Below are positions 52,176 through 63,136 of a stretch of 64,000 bases of DNA, in pieces; positions within the stretch are counted from its first letter, which is position 1; the number at the start of each line of letters is the position of its first letter. This stretch comes from an uncultured delta proteobacterium (GTDB lineage: Bacteria; Desulfobacterota; Binatia; UBA9968). The notes under the pieces were generated by a model. It saw only the letters and a program-made list of their open reading frames with translations, did no database searches and was not told the DNA's origin. The position numbers were made by a program, and so were the translations under genes. The stretch is taken from the NCBI GenBank assembly GCA_963745035.1, contig CAVUVW010000002.1:96001-160000 (forward strand), written 5' to 3'.

Positions 52176-52913
52176 TCACGGCTCGCGAGCGCGTCCTTGA
52201 TTGCCGCTCTCGATCTCGCCGCGCCGTTGAAGAGCGAGGGCAATACGCCAGCATAACGTCGCCCAGGCCGCGCCGGCGCACCAACCGGCGAGCACATCTG
52301 TCGGCCAGTGAACTCCAAGGTAAACCCGGCTCACGCCCACCAGGAAAGTGAGCAGAATAGCGACGCTCAAAATGTAGATCTTAACCCGGGGCGGTCCCTC
52401 GACTCGTGACAGCAGGGCGCCGAGCGTCAGGTAAACCACGGCCGAAAGCATGGCATGACCGCTCGGGAAGCTGGCCGAGCTTACTTCGACGAGGTGAGGC
52501 ACGACCGTGGGGCGCGGTCTGGCAAAAATGAGCTTTAAAATTGTGCTGAGCAAACTGCCGCCCGCAACCGAGGCGAGCACGAAATTCGCGGCGGCCTGCT
52601 TGCCGTCGATGAACAAGAAACCAATGACGGCCGCCGTCATCAAAATTAGTATCGTGCTGCCACCGAGGCTGGTGATGTCACGGAACATGAGCTCGACCCA
52701 ACCGGGACCTACAGGGTCCGAGCTGTCGGTGGGACTGCGCAAAGCCAGCAGCACGAACCGATCAAACGCATGCGGTTCGCCTTCGATCATCTCCATCAGT
52801 TCGGAAAAGATGAGCACGCCGCCCGCAACGATAAGAATCGAAACCAGAGTTCCTGCCTCGACAGCGGGCCAAGAGATAGTTAGGCGGCGGATATCGAACC
52901 AGCGAGAGGCCAT
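52176..52913 (-). CDS. PAP2 family phosphatase
   Basis: K....RPRP, SFPSGH and SRVYLGVHWPTD motifs. Confidence 0.93.
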   Translation of the reverse strand: MASRWFDIRRLTISWPAVEAGTLVSILIVAGGVLIFSELMEMIEGEPHAFDRFVLLALRSPTDSSDPVGPGWVELMFRDITSLGGSTILILMTAAVIGFLFIDGKQAAANFVLASVAGGSLLSTILKLIFARPRPTVVPHLVEVSSASFPSGHAMLSAVVYLTLGALLSRVEGPPRVKIYILSVAILLTFLVGVSRVYLGVHWPTDVLAGWCAGAAWATLCWRIALALQRRGEIESGNQGRAREP

Positions 52914-52969
52914 AGATACTCACTCTACCACGACGTGCGAAAAACGGTGACGGCAACCGGACCGAGGAC

Positions 52970-54131
52970 TCATTGATCAATCTTCGCCTTTTTCTTCCTC
53001 ATGCTACCTTCGACCAGCTTGTACTCGAACAACCGGCATTCGAGCGCACCGTTGATAAAGCGGCGTGCGCTTGGAGGCGGCGAGGTGAATGAGCTTGGGT
53101 AGCTGCATGTCGGCGCTGAGCAGATATGCGCGCCAGCCGGTGAATTGCTTCTTCAATACATCGCCGAGCTTGGGATAAAAATCCGCCAGCTCTTCCTGCT
53201 CTCCGAGCCGCACGCCGTAGGGCGGATTGGTAACGATGATTCCCTCATTTTCCGGCGCGGTGAGTTCCAGTACGTCGGCTTTCTTGAGATTGACGATCTT
53301 GTCCATGCCCGCCGCCGCAAGGTTCGTTCGCGCCGCGTTCACTGCGTCGAGGGAAAGATCGCTGCCGTAGATCGCCAGTCGCCTCTTTGCCCGTCTGCAC
53401 GCCGCCGCTTGTTGGGTCAGCTCGCGCCAGCGGCGCGAGTCGAAATTCTTGAATTTTTCGAAGGCAAAATGACGCCCGAGGCCGGGCGCGATATCGAGCG
53501 CCATGTGCGCCGCTTCCAGCAGTATGGTGCCGCTGCCGCACATCGGATCGAGCAAGGGAATGCCCGGAGTCCAGCCCGCAAGGCGGAGGATGCCCGCGGC
53601 GAGATTTTCCCTGAGTGGCGCTTCACCGGCAGCCAAGCGCCGGCCGCGCTTGAATAGCGGTTCGCCGCTGGTGTCGAGATACAAAGTGAAATCGCGCTCC
53701 GTCAAATGCGCTTGCAGCGGCACGTCCGGCGCGCGCGTGTCGACACTCGGACGCCGGCCGGAGAGACTGCGCATCTTGTCGCACACCGCGTCCTTGATTT
53801 TCAGGGTGGCGAAATTGAGGCTCGCGAGCGGGCTTTTGGTCGCCGAGACATCGACGCGGATCGTGCGCGCCGGTTCGAAGAAATCGGTCCAGCGCGGCGC
53901 CTGGGAGATGCGGTAAATATCGGCCTCGCTCGAATAGCCGCCGCTCGCCACCTGCCAAAGCACCCGGCTCGCCAGGCGGCTTTCGAGATTGATGCGATAG
54001 CAGAGAAAAAAATCGCCGGCGAACTGAACGCCGCCGCCGACCGCGTGGACCTTCTCGGCGTTGAGGCCCCGCAATTCGTCGGCGAGCAGCAGTTCGAGCC
54101 CGCGCGGACAAGTGGCGAAGAACCTGTCCAT
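52970..54131 (-). CDS. THUMP-domain rRNA methyltransferase (RlmL-like), frameshift near 53055
   Basis: LDTSGEPL.KRG, APLRE, DPMCGSGT and NPPYG; tail NGALECRLF in a shifted frame. Confidence 0.9.
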
Positions 54132-54160
54132 GAAAATTGGTTATGCTACTTTCTCGAAAC

Positions 54161-54194
54161 AAAAAAAAGGGCAACCGGATCGGTTGCCCTTTTT
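54161..54194. terminator. Bidirectional intrinsic terminator
   Basis: A8-GGGCAACCG-GAT-CGGTTGCCC-T5 downstream of the RRM gene. Confidence 0.9.
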
Positions 54195-54216
54195 CCGAGG
54201 TCGATGCGCTACAAAA

Positions 54217-54552
54217 CTACCAGCGGTTGCCTCTGCCGCCGCCGTCGCGATTGCCGCGACCGCTACCGCTACCGCGGCTGCCGCCGCCGAAATTATCGCG
54301 CTTGGCCATCGGCTTGGCTTCGTTGACCGTCAACGTGCGCCCGTCGAGCTGCGTGCCGTTCAGGGTGTCGATCGCTTTCTGAGCCTCGTCGCCGGAGCTC
54401 ATTTCCACAAAGCCGAAACCCCGGGATTGCCCGGTGAATTTATCGGAAATCACGCTGGCCGACTCGACGGTGCCATGCTCCGAAAAGATTTCCTGCAACC
54501 GGTCGTTGGTCACCGAATATGGCAAACCGCCGACATATAATTTACTACCCAT
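54217..54552 (-). CDS. RRM RNA-binding protein with Gly-rich tail
   Basis: RNP2 LYVGGL and RNP1 RGFGFVEM. Confidence 0.96.
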   Translation of the reverse strand: MGSKLYVGGLPYSVTNDRLQEIFSEHGTVESASVISDKFTGQSRGFGFVEMSSGDEAQKAIDTLNGTQLDGRTLTVNEAKPMAKRDNFGGGSRGSGSGRGNRDGGGRGNRW

Positions 54553-54869
54553 GTTCTCCTCCTATAGAGAATGTTATTGTCTTTTACCCTGAGAAATGAA
54601 CTGCTAATAGGAGCCGAACATGAGAAGCTGGTCGGATTTTCCTTTAGAAATTGTTCGCAAGGAGAGAGACTGACGTTGGCCTTCAACCTTTTTAATGTCC
54701 TCTATCAGAAGGCCGTATACTGACGAAGATGATTTACCTTAATGACAAATCTTGCGAAAGTCAATGTATCGAGGCAATTTCCGTTTGCGCCGAGAAATGA
54801 CTTGGGTAGTTTTGGCAAGCTGCAAGACGATGCCGCGACCAGAAAAGATTGGCTAAACACGGAGGAATT

Positions 54870-55850
54870 ATGAAGAAACTTGGACGCTCCACTCTGCTCG
54901 TTCTCGTTTTCCTCGCCGGCGGGTTTCTGCCACCCAGCAGCTTCGGCCAAGATCGCATCCGCATCGGCGTGCCGCTCTTCCCGACCGTATCGTATCCGGT
55001 CTTCATCGCTCACGAGCGCGGATTCTTTGACAAGAACGGCATCAAAGCCGAAATCATCCGGATCAACAGCGAGCCGACAACGTATCAGGCGCTTATCTCC
55101 GGCGACATCGACGCCACTTCCGGCGCGCCGACGGGTCTGGTGCAGTCGAACCTGCAAGGAATTCCGGTCGTATCGCTCGGCAGCTGGGATAATCTCGTTT
55201 CCTACACGATGACGACCAAGGAGAAGATCGACGACCTAGCTCAACTCAAGGGCAAGAAAATCGGCATCAATCGTCTCGGCGGCAAATCGTCCCTGATTCT
55301 TCGGGTCATGCTCGAAGACGCGGGGCTCAACACCACCAAGGACGTTACCCTGCTGCAGCTCGGCGGCTCGCAGGAAAGACTCGCCGCCCTCGTTCGCGGC
55401 GGCATCGACGCCGCGCCGGTGGACTTCGCCTTTGAGCCGAAGATGAAGCAGATGGGCTTTCATCTGGTGCAGGGCAAGAAAACACCCTTCATGAACGGAC
55501 CGATCGTCGTCACCGCGGCTTCACTTAAAGCCAACCGCGGCAAGTGGGTGCGTTTCGTCAAGGCTTATATGGAAGCGACCCATTTCATGACGATTAACAA
55601 GGAAGGCTCGATGCAGGTGCTCCGGAAAATTATCCCGGGCGATGAGAAGGAAATGCTGGAACATGCCTATGAAGAGATGCGCGCCCGAGCCACGGTGGAT
55701 CTGGTGCCGCCCGACGCCGCTGTCGAAAATTTGATAAAAATGATGATTTATGTCGATAAGCGCTCGGCGACCGTGGACCGGAGCAAGCTCGCCGACTACT
55801 CGATCGCGAAAGAGCTGGCCCAAAGCAAAACCGTGCCGGCCAGAAAATAA
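54870..55850 (+). CDS. ABC transporter substrate-binding protein (NMT1/SsuA-like)
   Basis: Signal peptide, A.ERGFF.K.G and LKGKKIG motifs; GGAGG before ATG 54870. Confidence 0.9.
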   Translation: MKKLGRSTLLVLVFLAGGFLPPSSFGQDRIRIGVPLFPTVSYPVFIAHERGFFDKNGIKAEIIRINSEPTTYQALISGDIDATSGAPTGLVQSNLQGIPVVSLGSWDNLVSYTMTTKEKIDDLAQLKGKKIGINRLGGKSSLILRVMLEDAGLNTTKDVTLLQLGGSQERLAALVRGGIDAAPVDFAFEPKMKQMGFHLVQGKKTPFMNGPIVVTAASLKANRGKWVRFVKAYMEATHFMTINKEGSMQVLRKIIPGDEKEMLEHAYEEMRARATVDLVPPDAAVENLIKMMIYVDKRSATVDRSKLADYSIAKELAQSKTVPARK

Positions 55851-55880
55851 AAATTGGAGTGTTGGCCTCGCTCCCACAGC

Positions 55881-55910
55881 ACTCCAATACTCCACTACTC
55901 CATCACTCCA
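55881..55910. repeat. 9-nt tandem repeat (ACTCCAnnn) intergenic element
   Basis: actccaatactccactactccatcactcca, preceded by the complementary ttggagt. Confidence 0.7.
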
Positions 55911-55926
55911 ACTGAATTCATTACCC

Positions 55927-57402
55927 ATGTCTGAGATTCGCTTTATCGATACCACTTTGCGCGATGGACAGCAGAGTCTCTGGGCGCTCGGTATGAAGAC
56001 CGACGCCATGCTCGGCGCCGCGGCGCAAATGGATCGCATCGGCTTCGAGTCGATGGAGTTTTTCGTCTCCATCATGATCAAAAAGTACGTTCGCGAGCAC
56101 AAGGAAAATCCTTGGATCTGGCTGCGCGAGGGCACCAAACGTTTTCGCCACACCCGGCTGCGCAATCACGGCGGGCTGCACGGCTCCGGCGCCTTTGAAA
56201 AGCTTCCGCATGCCGCGCTGACCCTCCTCGCCGAGCGCGTCGTCTCTTATGGAATAACCCTCACCCGCACCTCGAATTGCTGGAACGATTTCGATGAGAT
56301 GAGAGACGAAGTGCGCGAGCTAAGCGCGCTGGGCATGGAGACCGTCGTCAATCTGATCTACACGGTTTCGCCGCGCCATGACGATGGGTATTACGCCAGA
56401 AAGGCCAAGGAGGCGGCGGCGATCAAGCCTTATCGAATTTGTTTCAAAGACGTGGGCGGCCTGCTAACGCCCGAGCGCGCGCGGACCTTGCTGCCGTCGA
56501 TCTTGCAGAACGCCGGCGACGTTCCCGTGGAATATCACGCCCACTGCAACAACGGCCTCGCCACCTTGTGCTATATCGAGGCGGCAAAGCTCGGAATCAC
56601 GTCTTTCCACACCGCGGTGCCGCCGCTCGCCAACGGCTCTTCGCAGCCGTCGCTTCTCAACGTCGCGAGAAATCTCCGCGCACTTGGTTACAGCGCGGCT
56701 GTGAACGACGAAGAAGTAAAACCGGTGGAAGAACATTTTACCGCCGTCGCCAAAGCTCAAGGACTCGCCATCGGCAGACCTTTCGCCTACGACGAATCGC
56801 AATACCTCCATCAAGTTCCCGGCGGCGTCATTTCCAACTTGCGCCATCAGCTTCGCCTGATCGGGAAAGAAGACAAGTTGGCCGAGACTCTCGAAGAAGC
56901 CGCCCGCGTGCGCGCCGACTTCGGCTATCCGATCATGGTCACGCCGCTGTCTCAATTCGTCGTCAGCCAGGCGGCCATCAACGTCATCGTCGGCGAGCGC
57001 TACAAAGAAGTGACCGATCAGGTGATCCAGTACGCGCTCGGCATCTGGGGCAAGGAAGCGCCTGAGATCATGAATCCCGATGTAAAGGACAGAATCCTGG
57101 GCCGCAGCCGCGCCAAAGATTGGCAGGGCTGGCACGCCCCCGAGCTCACGTTGGATCAACTGCGGCAGAAATACGGCGCGACGATCGCGGACGAAGAGTT
57201 GCTGCTGCGGATCTACGCCGGCCCGGACGCGGTGGATGCGCTCCTCGCCAACGGAGTCTCCCGGCCCCACGCGAGCGGCAAACAATCTTTACTCGAATTG
57301 ATTGCGCAGCTCAGCCAGAGAGATTGCCACCACGTCTATATTCGTCGTAAAGATTTTTCGCTTACGCTGAAAAAGCCGACCTTTCCCGCACGTGTCCGGT
57401 AG
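55927..57402 (+). CDS. Carboxyltransferase subunit (pyruvate carboxylase B/oxaloacetate decarboxylase alpha-like), no biotin carrier
   Basis: DTTLRDGQQSL, FKD.GG, HAH, HQVPGG..SNL and GYPIMVTP.SQ motifs. Confidence 0.88.
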   Translation: MSEIRFIDTTLRDGQQSLWALGMKTDAMLGAAAQMDRIGFESMEFFVSIMIKKYVREHKENPWIWLREGTKRFRHTRLRNHGGLHGSGAFEKLPHAALTLLAERVVSYGITLTRTSNCWNDFDEMRDEVRELSALGMETVVNLIYTVSPRHDDGYYARKAKEAAAIKPYRICFKDVGGLLTPERARTLLPSILQNAGDVPVEYHAHCNNGLATLCYIEAAKLGITSFHTAVPPLANGSSQPSLLNVARNLRALGYSAAVNDEEVKPVEEHFTAVAKAQGLAIGRPFAYDESQYLHQVPGGVISNLRHQLRLIGKEDKLAETLEEAARVRADFGYPIMVTPLSQFVVSQAAINVIVGERYKEVTDQVIQYALGIWGKEAPEIMNPDVKDRILGRSRAKDWQGWHAPELTLDQLRQKYGATIADEELLLRIYAGPDAVDALLANGVSRPHASGKQSLLELIAQLSQRDCHHVYIRRKDFSLTLKKPTFPARVR

Positions 57403-57427
57403 GGGCGGGTTTGAAACCCGCCCCTAC
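57399..57427. repeat. GTAG-type REP palindrome
   Basis: GTAGGGGCGGGTTTGAAACCCGCCCCTAC. Confidence 0.85.
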
Positions 57428-57466
57428 TCCGCGGTAGCGGAGCCCGCCGCCTCTAAGGAGATCCTT

Positions 57467-58906
57467 ATGAACTACAACGGCCTGCGCGATTGGTTGGCGA
57501 AAATCGACGAGCGTGGCGAGCTGCGTACGGTCGATAACGTCGATTGGAACCTCGAGATGGGCGCTATCGTCGACGTGCTCTATCGCGAGCACCCGCCTTA
57601 TCCGCCGGCGTTGATCTTCGACAACATCAAAGGACACAAATCAGGTTACCGCGCGCTTTTCGGCCACTTCGCCTCGCCCAAACGCATCGCGCTCACTTTG
57701 GGCATGAGCGAGGACTTCGACCATGTGTTGGAATTCACCCGCACCTATCACGACAAAATGAAAAGCTGCGCGCCGATTCCCATGACGGAAGTGACCAGCG
57801 GCCCGGTGCATGAAAATGCGCAGGAGGGCGAGCAGGTCAACTTATTCGACTTTCCCGCGCCGCTGCTCCACGAAAAAGACGGCGGCCGCTACATCGGCAC
57901 CGGCCATCTGGTGATCACCAAAGACCCCGATTCGAATTGGATCAACGTCGGCACCTACCGCATCATGCTGCAAGATCAAAACAGCGCGGGCATCTATATC
58001 GGACCCGGCAAGCACGGCTACATTCACAAGCAAAAATATTTCGAGAAGAACCGGCCGATGCCGGTCAATATCGTGCTCGGCAGCGATCCGCTCGATTGGT
58101 TCGCGGCGTCCTGCCCTGTGCCCGCGGGCACGAGCGAGTTTGATTTCGCCGGCGGCCTTCGAGGTGAGCCGACCCGAGTCATTCGCAGCGACATTACGGG
58201 CCTTCCCTACCCGGCCGATGCCGAGATTGTTTTAGAGGGCGAGATCCGGCCCGGCGAATTGCGCGAGGAAGGCCCATTCGGCGAGTGGCCCGGCTACTAC
58301 GCCAGCCCGAAGAGCCTCGAGCCCTTCATCCGAGTCAAACGCATTCTTCATCGCAGCGATCCGATCGTCTCGTGCGCCAATCCCGCGCGCCCGCCGCATA
58401 CTCTGACCTTGCTGCGCGCGATCACCCGCTCGGCGCACGTGTGGGAGGAGTTGGAAAAAGCCGGCGTGCCGGAGATCCGCGGCGTATGGTCGCACGAGCC
58501 CGGGCCGCGCCAATTCACCGTCGTTGCCATCAAGCAGCGCTATCCCGGGCATGTCAAACAAGCGGGCATGATCGCGTCGCAGTGCTTTTCCGGCGGCTAT
58601 CAGAATCGCTTCACCATCGTCGTCGATGACGACATCGATCCGACCCGCATCGACGACGTCGTTTGGGCGCTATCCACGCGCTGCGATCCCGAGACGGACA
58701 TCGACATTCAACGGCGCTGTTGGTCGAGTTCGCTCGATCCGATGATTCACCCGGACTCCAAAGCGCTGATGAATTCCCGCGCGGTGATCGACGCCTGCCG
58801 GCCGTATGAATGGATGAGCAGATTTCCCGAAGTCGCAGAAACAAGCCCGGAGCTTAGACGAACCGTTGTGGGAAAATACGGCCGGCCTTTTTTCGGTCTA
58901 AGATGA
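57467..58906 (+). CDS. UbiD family (prFMN-dependent) decarboxylase
   Basis: DGGRY, N.G.YR, EIVLEG, EGPFGEW.GYY and VDDDID motifs. Confidence 0.95.
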   Translation: MNYNGLRDWLAKIDERGELRTVDNVDWNLEMGAIVDVLYREHPPYPPALIFDNIKGHKSGYRALFGHFASPKRIALTLGMSEDFDHVLEFTRTYHDKMKSCAPIPMTEVTSGPVHENAQEGEQVNLFDFPAPLLHEKDGGRYIGTGHLVITKDPDSNWINVGTYRIMLQDQNSAGIYIGPGKHGYIHKQKYFEKNRPMPVNIVLGSDPLDWFAASCPVPAGTSEFDFAGGLRGEPTRVIRSDITGLPYPADAEIVLEGEIRPGELREEGPFGEWPGYYASPKSLEPFIRVKRILHRSDPIVSCANPARPPHTLTLLRAITRSAHVWEELEKAGVPEIRGVWSHEPGPRQFTVVAIKQRYPGHVKQAGMIASQCFSGGYQNRFTIVVDDDIDPTRIDDVVWALSTRCDPETDIDIQRRCWSSSLDPMIHPDSKALMNSRAVIDACRPYEWMSRFPEVAETSPELRRTVVGKYGRPFFGLR

Positions 58907-59041
58907 TCCTGAGCTCTAGCGGTGCTGGCCTGTAGGAATTCTTCCCCTTCGCGGTTGAGCGCAGATTTTCTAAATCGCGCGATTTCCACTACTTGCGAAT
59001 GGCCTGACACTTGCTCGTTCTTCATAGCGGGAGAAGAAATT

Positions 59042-59317
59042 ATGAAATACCGCTATGCCACATTTACGCTGGTTTGCGCGCTCGGTGCCGTTCCCGCTGC
59101 CGCGTTCGAAGTGAAGGATGATCCCAATCGCGAGAAGCCGCAGTTGAAGATCGAGCTTGAGCCCACGCCGTCGCAAGTGCAGCGCGACTTCGATCAATAC
59201 GTGCAAGAACTCGCCAAGGAGGCGCACCGCGACGCGGTGTCGCCGCCGGAAAAGAAAGACAGGATCAAAGAGCTGCAAGCCAAGGCTATGAATCCGCTCG
59301 TTCTCTTTCGCTGGTAA
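59042..59317 (+). CDS. Secreted hypothetical protein
   Basis: Signal peptide; C-terminal FRW; GGAG Shine-Dalgarno. Confidence 0.65.
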   Translation: MKYRYATFTLVCALGAVPAAAFEVKDDPNREKPQLKIELEPTPSQVQRDFDQYVQELAKEAHRDAVSPPEKKDRIKELQAKAMNPLVLFRW

Positions 59318-59329
59318 ACGCCAGCGCAA

Positions 59330-60335
59330 CTAGCGCAGAAAAATCTTGCCGAATTCCTTCTTCTTTTCTTCGAACGCTTTCGCCTCCAGCACTTCCATCT
59401 GCACGTACTGAATCTTCTCCGCTCCGGGCAGCGGCGGATAGATTCCCCGGCGATTGGCGAATTCGCCGCTCTGGGCGAGGATCTTCATGCTCTCGTCGTC
59501 CAGATAATAATCGATGAAAGCTTTGCCTGCGCTCGGCCGCGGCGCTTTATTGCTCAGAACCGCGAAGTGGCTGTCGCCGAGCATTTTATCGATACGCACA
59601 TAGTCGAGCGGCGCGCCGCTACGCGCGGCGGTGTACGCATATTTCACGAACGTCAACCCGATGGGGATTTCGCCCGTGGCGACGCGCTCGGAGACGGGCA
59701 GCATCGACTCCACGAGAGTCGGCTTCATCGCCGCGAGATCGCGGATGAATTTTTCCGTCCTTTCCTTGGGCATGATTCGATGCAGGCTCGAAAGCCACTG
59801 GATGGTCGTCACGTGCAAGGTCGGATCGGCCATCACCAGCATGCCCTTGTACTTCGGATTGACCAGATCCTCGATCGACTTGGGCGCGTCTTCGGGTTTC
59901 ACAAGACCCTTGTGATAGAGAATCGCCGACGATACCGTAGCGGCTGATCGCTCCGAGGCGTGCATCGATCTGATCCTTGGGATATTTTGCCGCCGTCGGC
60001 GAATCGTACTTGGCGATCATGCCTTCGTTCGCCATGATCAGCAGCGGATCGGAGTTGTTGAGCACGACGTCGAAGAGCGGATTGCCGGCGCGATACTCGC
60101 CCATCGACCGATTCATCACGCTCATCGCCGAGGCGCGCCAATATTCGGCATTGAGGCCGGTCTTTTTGCGAAACGCCGCAATGACTGCGTCGACCACCGG
60201 CGTTTCCAGCGAGCCGTAGAGCACGACCTTGCCGCCTTCTTTCTTCGCCGCCTCGATCAGCTTGGCATCCTGCGCCATCGATGGACTGCCAAAAGCGAGA
60301 GCCGCGAGAATCGGCAATATGTAGATTGGATTCAT
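59330..60335 (-). CDS. ABC transporter extracellular solute-binding protein (iron/AfuA-like class), frameshift near 59915
   Basis: AAKKEG.V.LY and P....DL..PKYKG motifs across ORFs 59619..60335 and 59330..59965. Confidence 0.85.
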
Positions 60336-60494
60336 TTTGCTCCTCCGTCCCCTGCATCACGCTACTAACATGGGAAGATTTTTCCGGTCAACACGAGACC
60401 CAAGACCCGAGACTCTGAAACCAACTCGATCGTTGACAGCCACAAAGCCCGCTTGTTATAGCCGTCTAAGACTCGAGGCGAAAGGAAATAGACA

Positions 60495-61597
60495 ATGCAG
60501 ATCATCGACGCCGACGGGCATGTGAACGATCGGCCGTGCATGGACGAAATTTCGAAATACATGCCGCCGGGAAATCGCACCCAGGTATTTCCGTCGTTCG
60601 ATCATATTCATTTTCATTATCTGGAAGGCGGCGACAAGCGCTCGCGCACCGGCGACGTCGGGCCGCAGGAATGGATCGACTTTCTCGATGAGACGGAGAT
60701 CGCTTGGACCGCGGTTTACCCGACTGCGGGCTTGGCGGTCGGCCGAATCATCGCCGAAGATTGGGCCATCGCCGCATGCCGCGCGTACAATAACTGGCTC
60801 TACGAGAAATTCACCAAGGTCACGCCCGCGCATCAAGGGAGTGGCGCTGATCCCGATCCAGGACACCGAAGCGGCGGTCGCCGAGTTGCGCCGCGCGGTG
60901 AAAGAGCTCGGCATGGTCGGCGCCATGCTGCCGTCCAACGGCGAAGGCATCAAAGGCCACTATCGGCGCGAAGATCTATTGGCCGATCTACGAAGAAGCG
61001 GAAAAGCTCAACGTGCCGCTCGCCGTCCACGTCGGCGCATTGCATCATCTCGGCATGGACACCATCGGCGTTTACTATCCGGTGCATGCGCTCGGCCATC
61101 CTTTCGGCATCATGGCGCAGGCCGCGGCGATGCTCTCCTACGGCGTGTTCGACCGCTTTCCCAAGCTGCGCGTCGGTTTTCTCGAAGGCGGCGCGACCTG
61201 GGTGCCGTTTTTCATGGACCGCCTCGACCGCTCCTATCCGCATCATTTGCAAGTCGACATCGACGGCGAATTTCTATCGAGCTCGCAGCCCGATGTGATG
61301 GCGAGCGAATATTTTCGCCGTCACGTAAAGGCGGGCAAGATCTTCGTCGGCTTCGACGGCGACGATCACGGATTGGGCTACGCGGTGAAGGAGGCAGGCA
61401 ACGACTCCTTCGTTTTCGCCACCGACTTCCCGCATGAAAGCTTCGACGCCAAGTCATGCCGCATCGAGATCCAGCACATACTGAGCCGCGAAGACCTGAC
61501 CCAAGCCGACAAAGAAGCGATCCTCGGCAAAAACGCCAAGAAAGTTTTACGGCATCAATTGATCGGAACTTTGGCGGAGCAAAGCCTGACGTCTTGA
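60495..61597 (+). CDS. Amidohydrolase_2 family protein, frameshifts near 60830 and 60963
   Basis: IDADGH, AYNNWL, AVH, FLEGG..W and FATDFPH across three frames. Confidence 0.87.
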
Positions 61598-61632
61598 ACG
61601 ACTTGAACGTTTTGAACGAAAGGGAGAAGTGA

Positions 61633-62568
61633 ATGGCCGAGAACTCATCCAGTGCAGAGACTACGATCCAAGCACCGTTGAAGGTCAAAGGCCCGCTCGT
61701 CTGGCTCGATATGGATCAAAAAGAGCTCGACGACGCCTACGACCAAAGCGTCTACGCGCCCAACCAACAATTGGTAGCGGCACGCCGGCGCTTGGCCAGC
61801 GAAGCGCTGCTCAAACGCATAACTCCCGAGCGCGTCGCCTATGGTCCATCCGAGGACGAGCAGCTCGACATCTATCGAACCTACCGTGCAAACGCGCCGA
61901 TCAATGTCTACGTCCACGGCGGCGCGTGGCGCAACGGTCAATCCAAGGAATTCGCCTTTCCCGCGGAAGTGTTCATGAACGCCGGCGCAAATTTTGTCGT
62001 GCTCGATTTCGTGCAGGTGCAGAACGCCGGCGGCAATCTGATGCCGATGGCGCAGCAAGTCCGCAGCGCCGTTGCCTGGGTCTACAAGAATGCCGCGCGC
62101 ATCGGCGGCGACGCGGAGCGCATCTATATCACCGGCCATTCTTCCGGCGCTCATCTCTCCGGCTGCGCTCTCGTCACCGACTGGCAAAAAGATTTCGGCC
62201 TTCCCGCAAACTTGCTCAAAGGCGGTCTATTGATCAGCGGCATGTACGATCTTAAACCGGTCCGGCTTTCCAAGCGCAGCCAGTATGTGAAATTCACCGA
62301 CGAGATCGAGCAGGCGCTCAGCTCGCAGCGTCACTTGGATAAGCTCAACGCGCCGATCATCGTCGCCTACGGCACTCAGGAAACCCCCGAGTTTCAGCGC
62401 CAGAATCGCGAGTTCGCCGCGGCGGTGAAAGCCGCGGGCAAACCGGTGGAGCTGATCGTCGGCGAAGGCTTCAATCACTTCGAGATGCAGGAGACGCTCG
62501 GCAATCCCTACGGCATCGCCGGCCGCGCCGCGCTGAAGCTCATGAACCTGTCGATGAATTTGGGGTGA
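61633..62568 (+). CDS. Alpha/beta hydrolase (arylformamidase-like)
   Basis: HGGAW, GHSSGAHL, SG.YDL and NHF motifs. Confidence 0.9.
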   Translation: MAENSSSAETTIQAPLKVKGPLVWLDMDQKELDDAYDQSVYAPNQQLVAARRRLASEALLKRITPERVAYGPSEDEQLDIYRTYRANAPINVYVHGGAWRNGQSKEFAFPAEVFMNAGANFVVLDFVQVQNAGGNLMPMAQQVRSAVAWVYKNAARIGGDAERIYITGHSSGAHLSGCALVTDWQKDFGLPANLLKGGLLISGMYDLKPVRLSKRSQYVKFTDEIEQALSSQRHLDKLNAPIIVAYGTQETPEFQRQNREFAAAVKAAGKPVELIVGEGFNHFEMQETLGNPYGIAGRAALKLMNLSMNLG

Positions 62569-62578
62569 GGAGGAAACG

Positions 62579-63118
62579 ATGGCTCGCATTCCACGCGCCA
62601 AACGCGAAGACCTTTCGGCCGAGCATCAAAAAATCTGGGACCACATCCACGCCGCCCGAAGCGGCGGCGGCGGTCCGTATTCGATGCTCATGCACTCGCC
62701 GGCCATGGCGCAGCACATCGCCGCCACCGAGGATTATTTCCGCACCAGCTCCCTGCTGCCGGACGCCGACCGCGAGATCATTATTCTAACCGCCGCGCGC
62801 GAAGTCGATGCGCGCTATGCCTGGGCGCGCCACGAGGTTCGCGCCAACAACGTCGGCGTACGCCCCGAGGTCATCGAGACGCTGCGCGCCAAAGCTCCCG
62901 TTGACAAATTCACCGGCAAAGAACGGTTGCTCGTCGAATTCACCCGCACACTGATGCGCGAGCATACGCTGCCGGATGAGTTGTTTGGGCAAATGGAGAG
63001 AGAATTCGGCCGCGCAAAATTCATCGAGGCCGTCGGCCTGCTCGGCCACTACATCACCATCGGCACGGTGATCCGCATGTTCGATGTCGATCCGCCAGAG
63101 GGCACCAAGACCTTCTAG
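62579..63118 (+). CDS. Carboxymuconolactone decarboxylase/AhpD-like protein
   Basis: GP....HSP and RE..IL..AR....YAW..H motifs. Confidence 0.85.
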   Translation: MARIPRAKREDLSAEHQKIWDHIHAARSGGGGPYSMLMHSPAMAQHIAATEDYFRTSSLLPDADREIIILTAAREVDARYAWARHEVRANNVGVRPEVIETLRAKAPVDKFTGKERLLVEFTRTLMREHTLPDELFGQMEREFGRAKFIEAVGLLGHYITIGTVIRMFDVDPPEGTKTF

Positions 63119-63136
63119 CCCTAGCGACGCTAGGAA

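Noticed and set aside
12484-61597. About a dozen genes broken by single-base frameshifts (PMM, sensor kinase x2, OmpA, Crp copy 1, cgs, hybrid kinase, GH130, rlmL-like, solute-binding protein, amidohydrolase x2) as programmed frameshifting or mass pseudogenisation
   Set aside because: The breaks are isolated +/-1 indels, several at short homopolymers (for example 33341 and 47020). They also hit core-like genes and share no slippery motif. Long-read consensus error is the simplest explanation, and read mapping would settle it.
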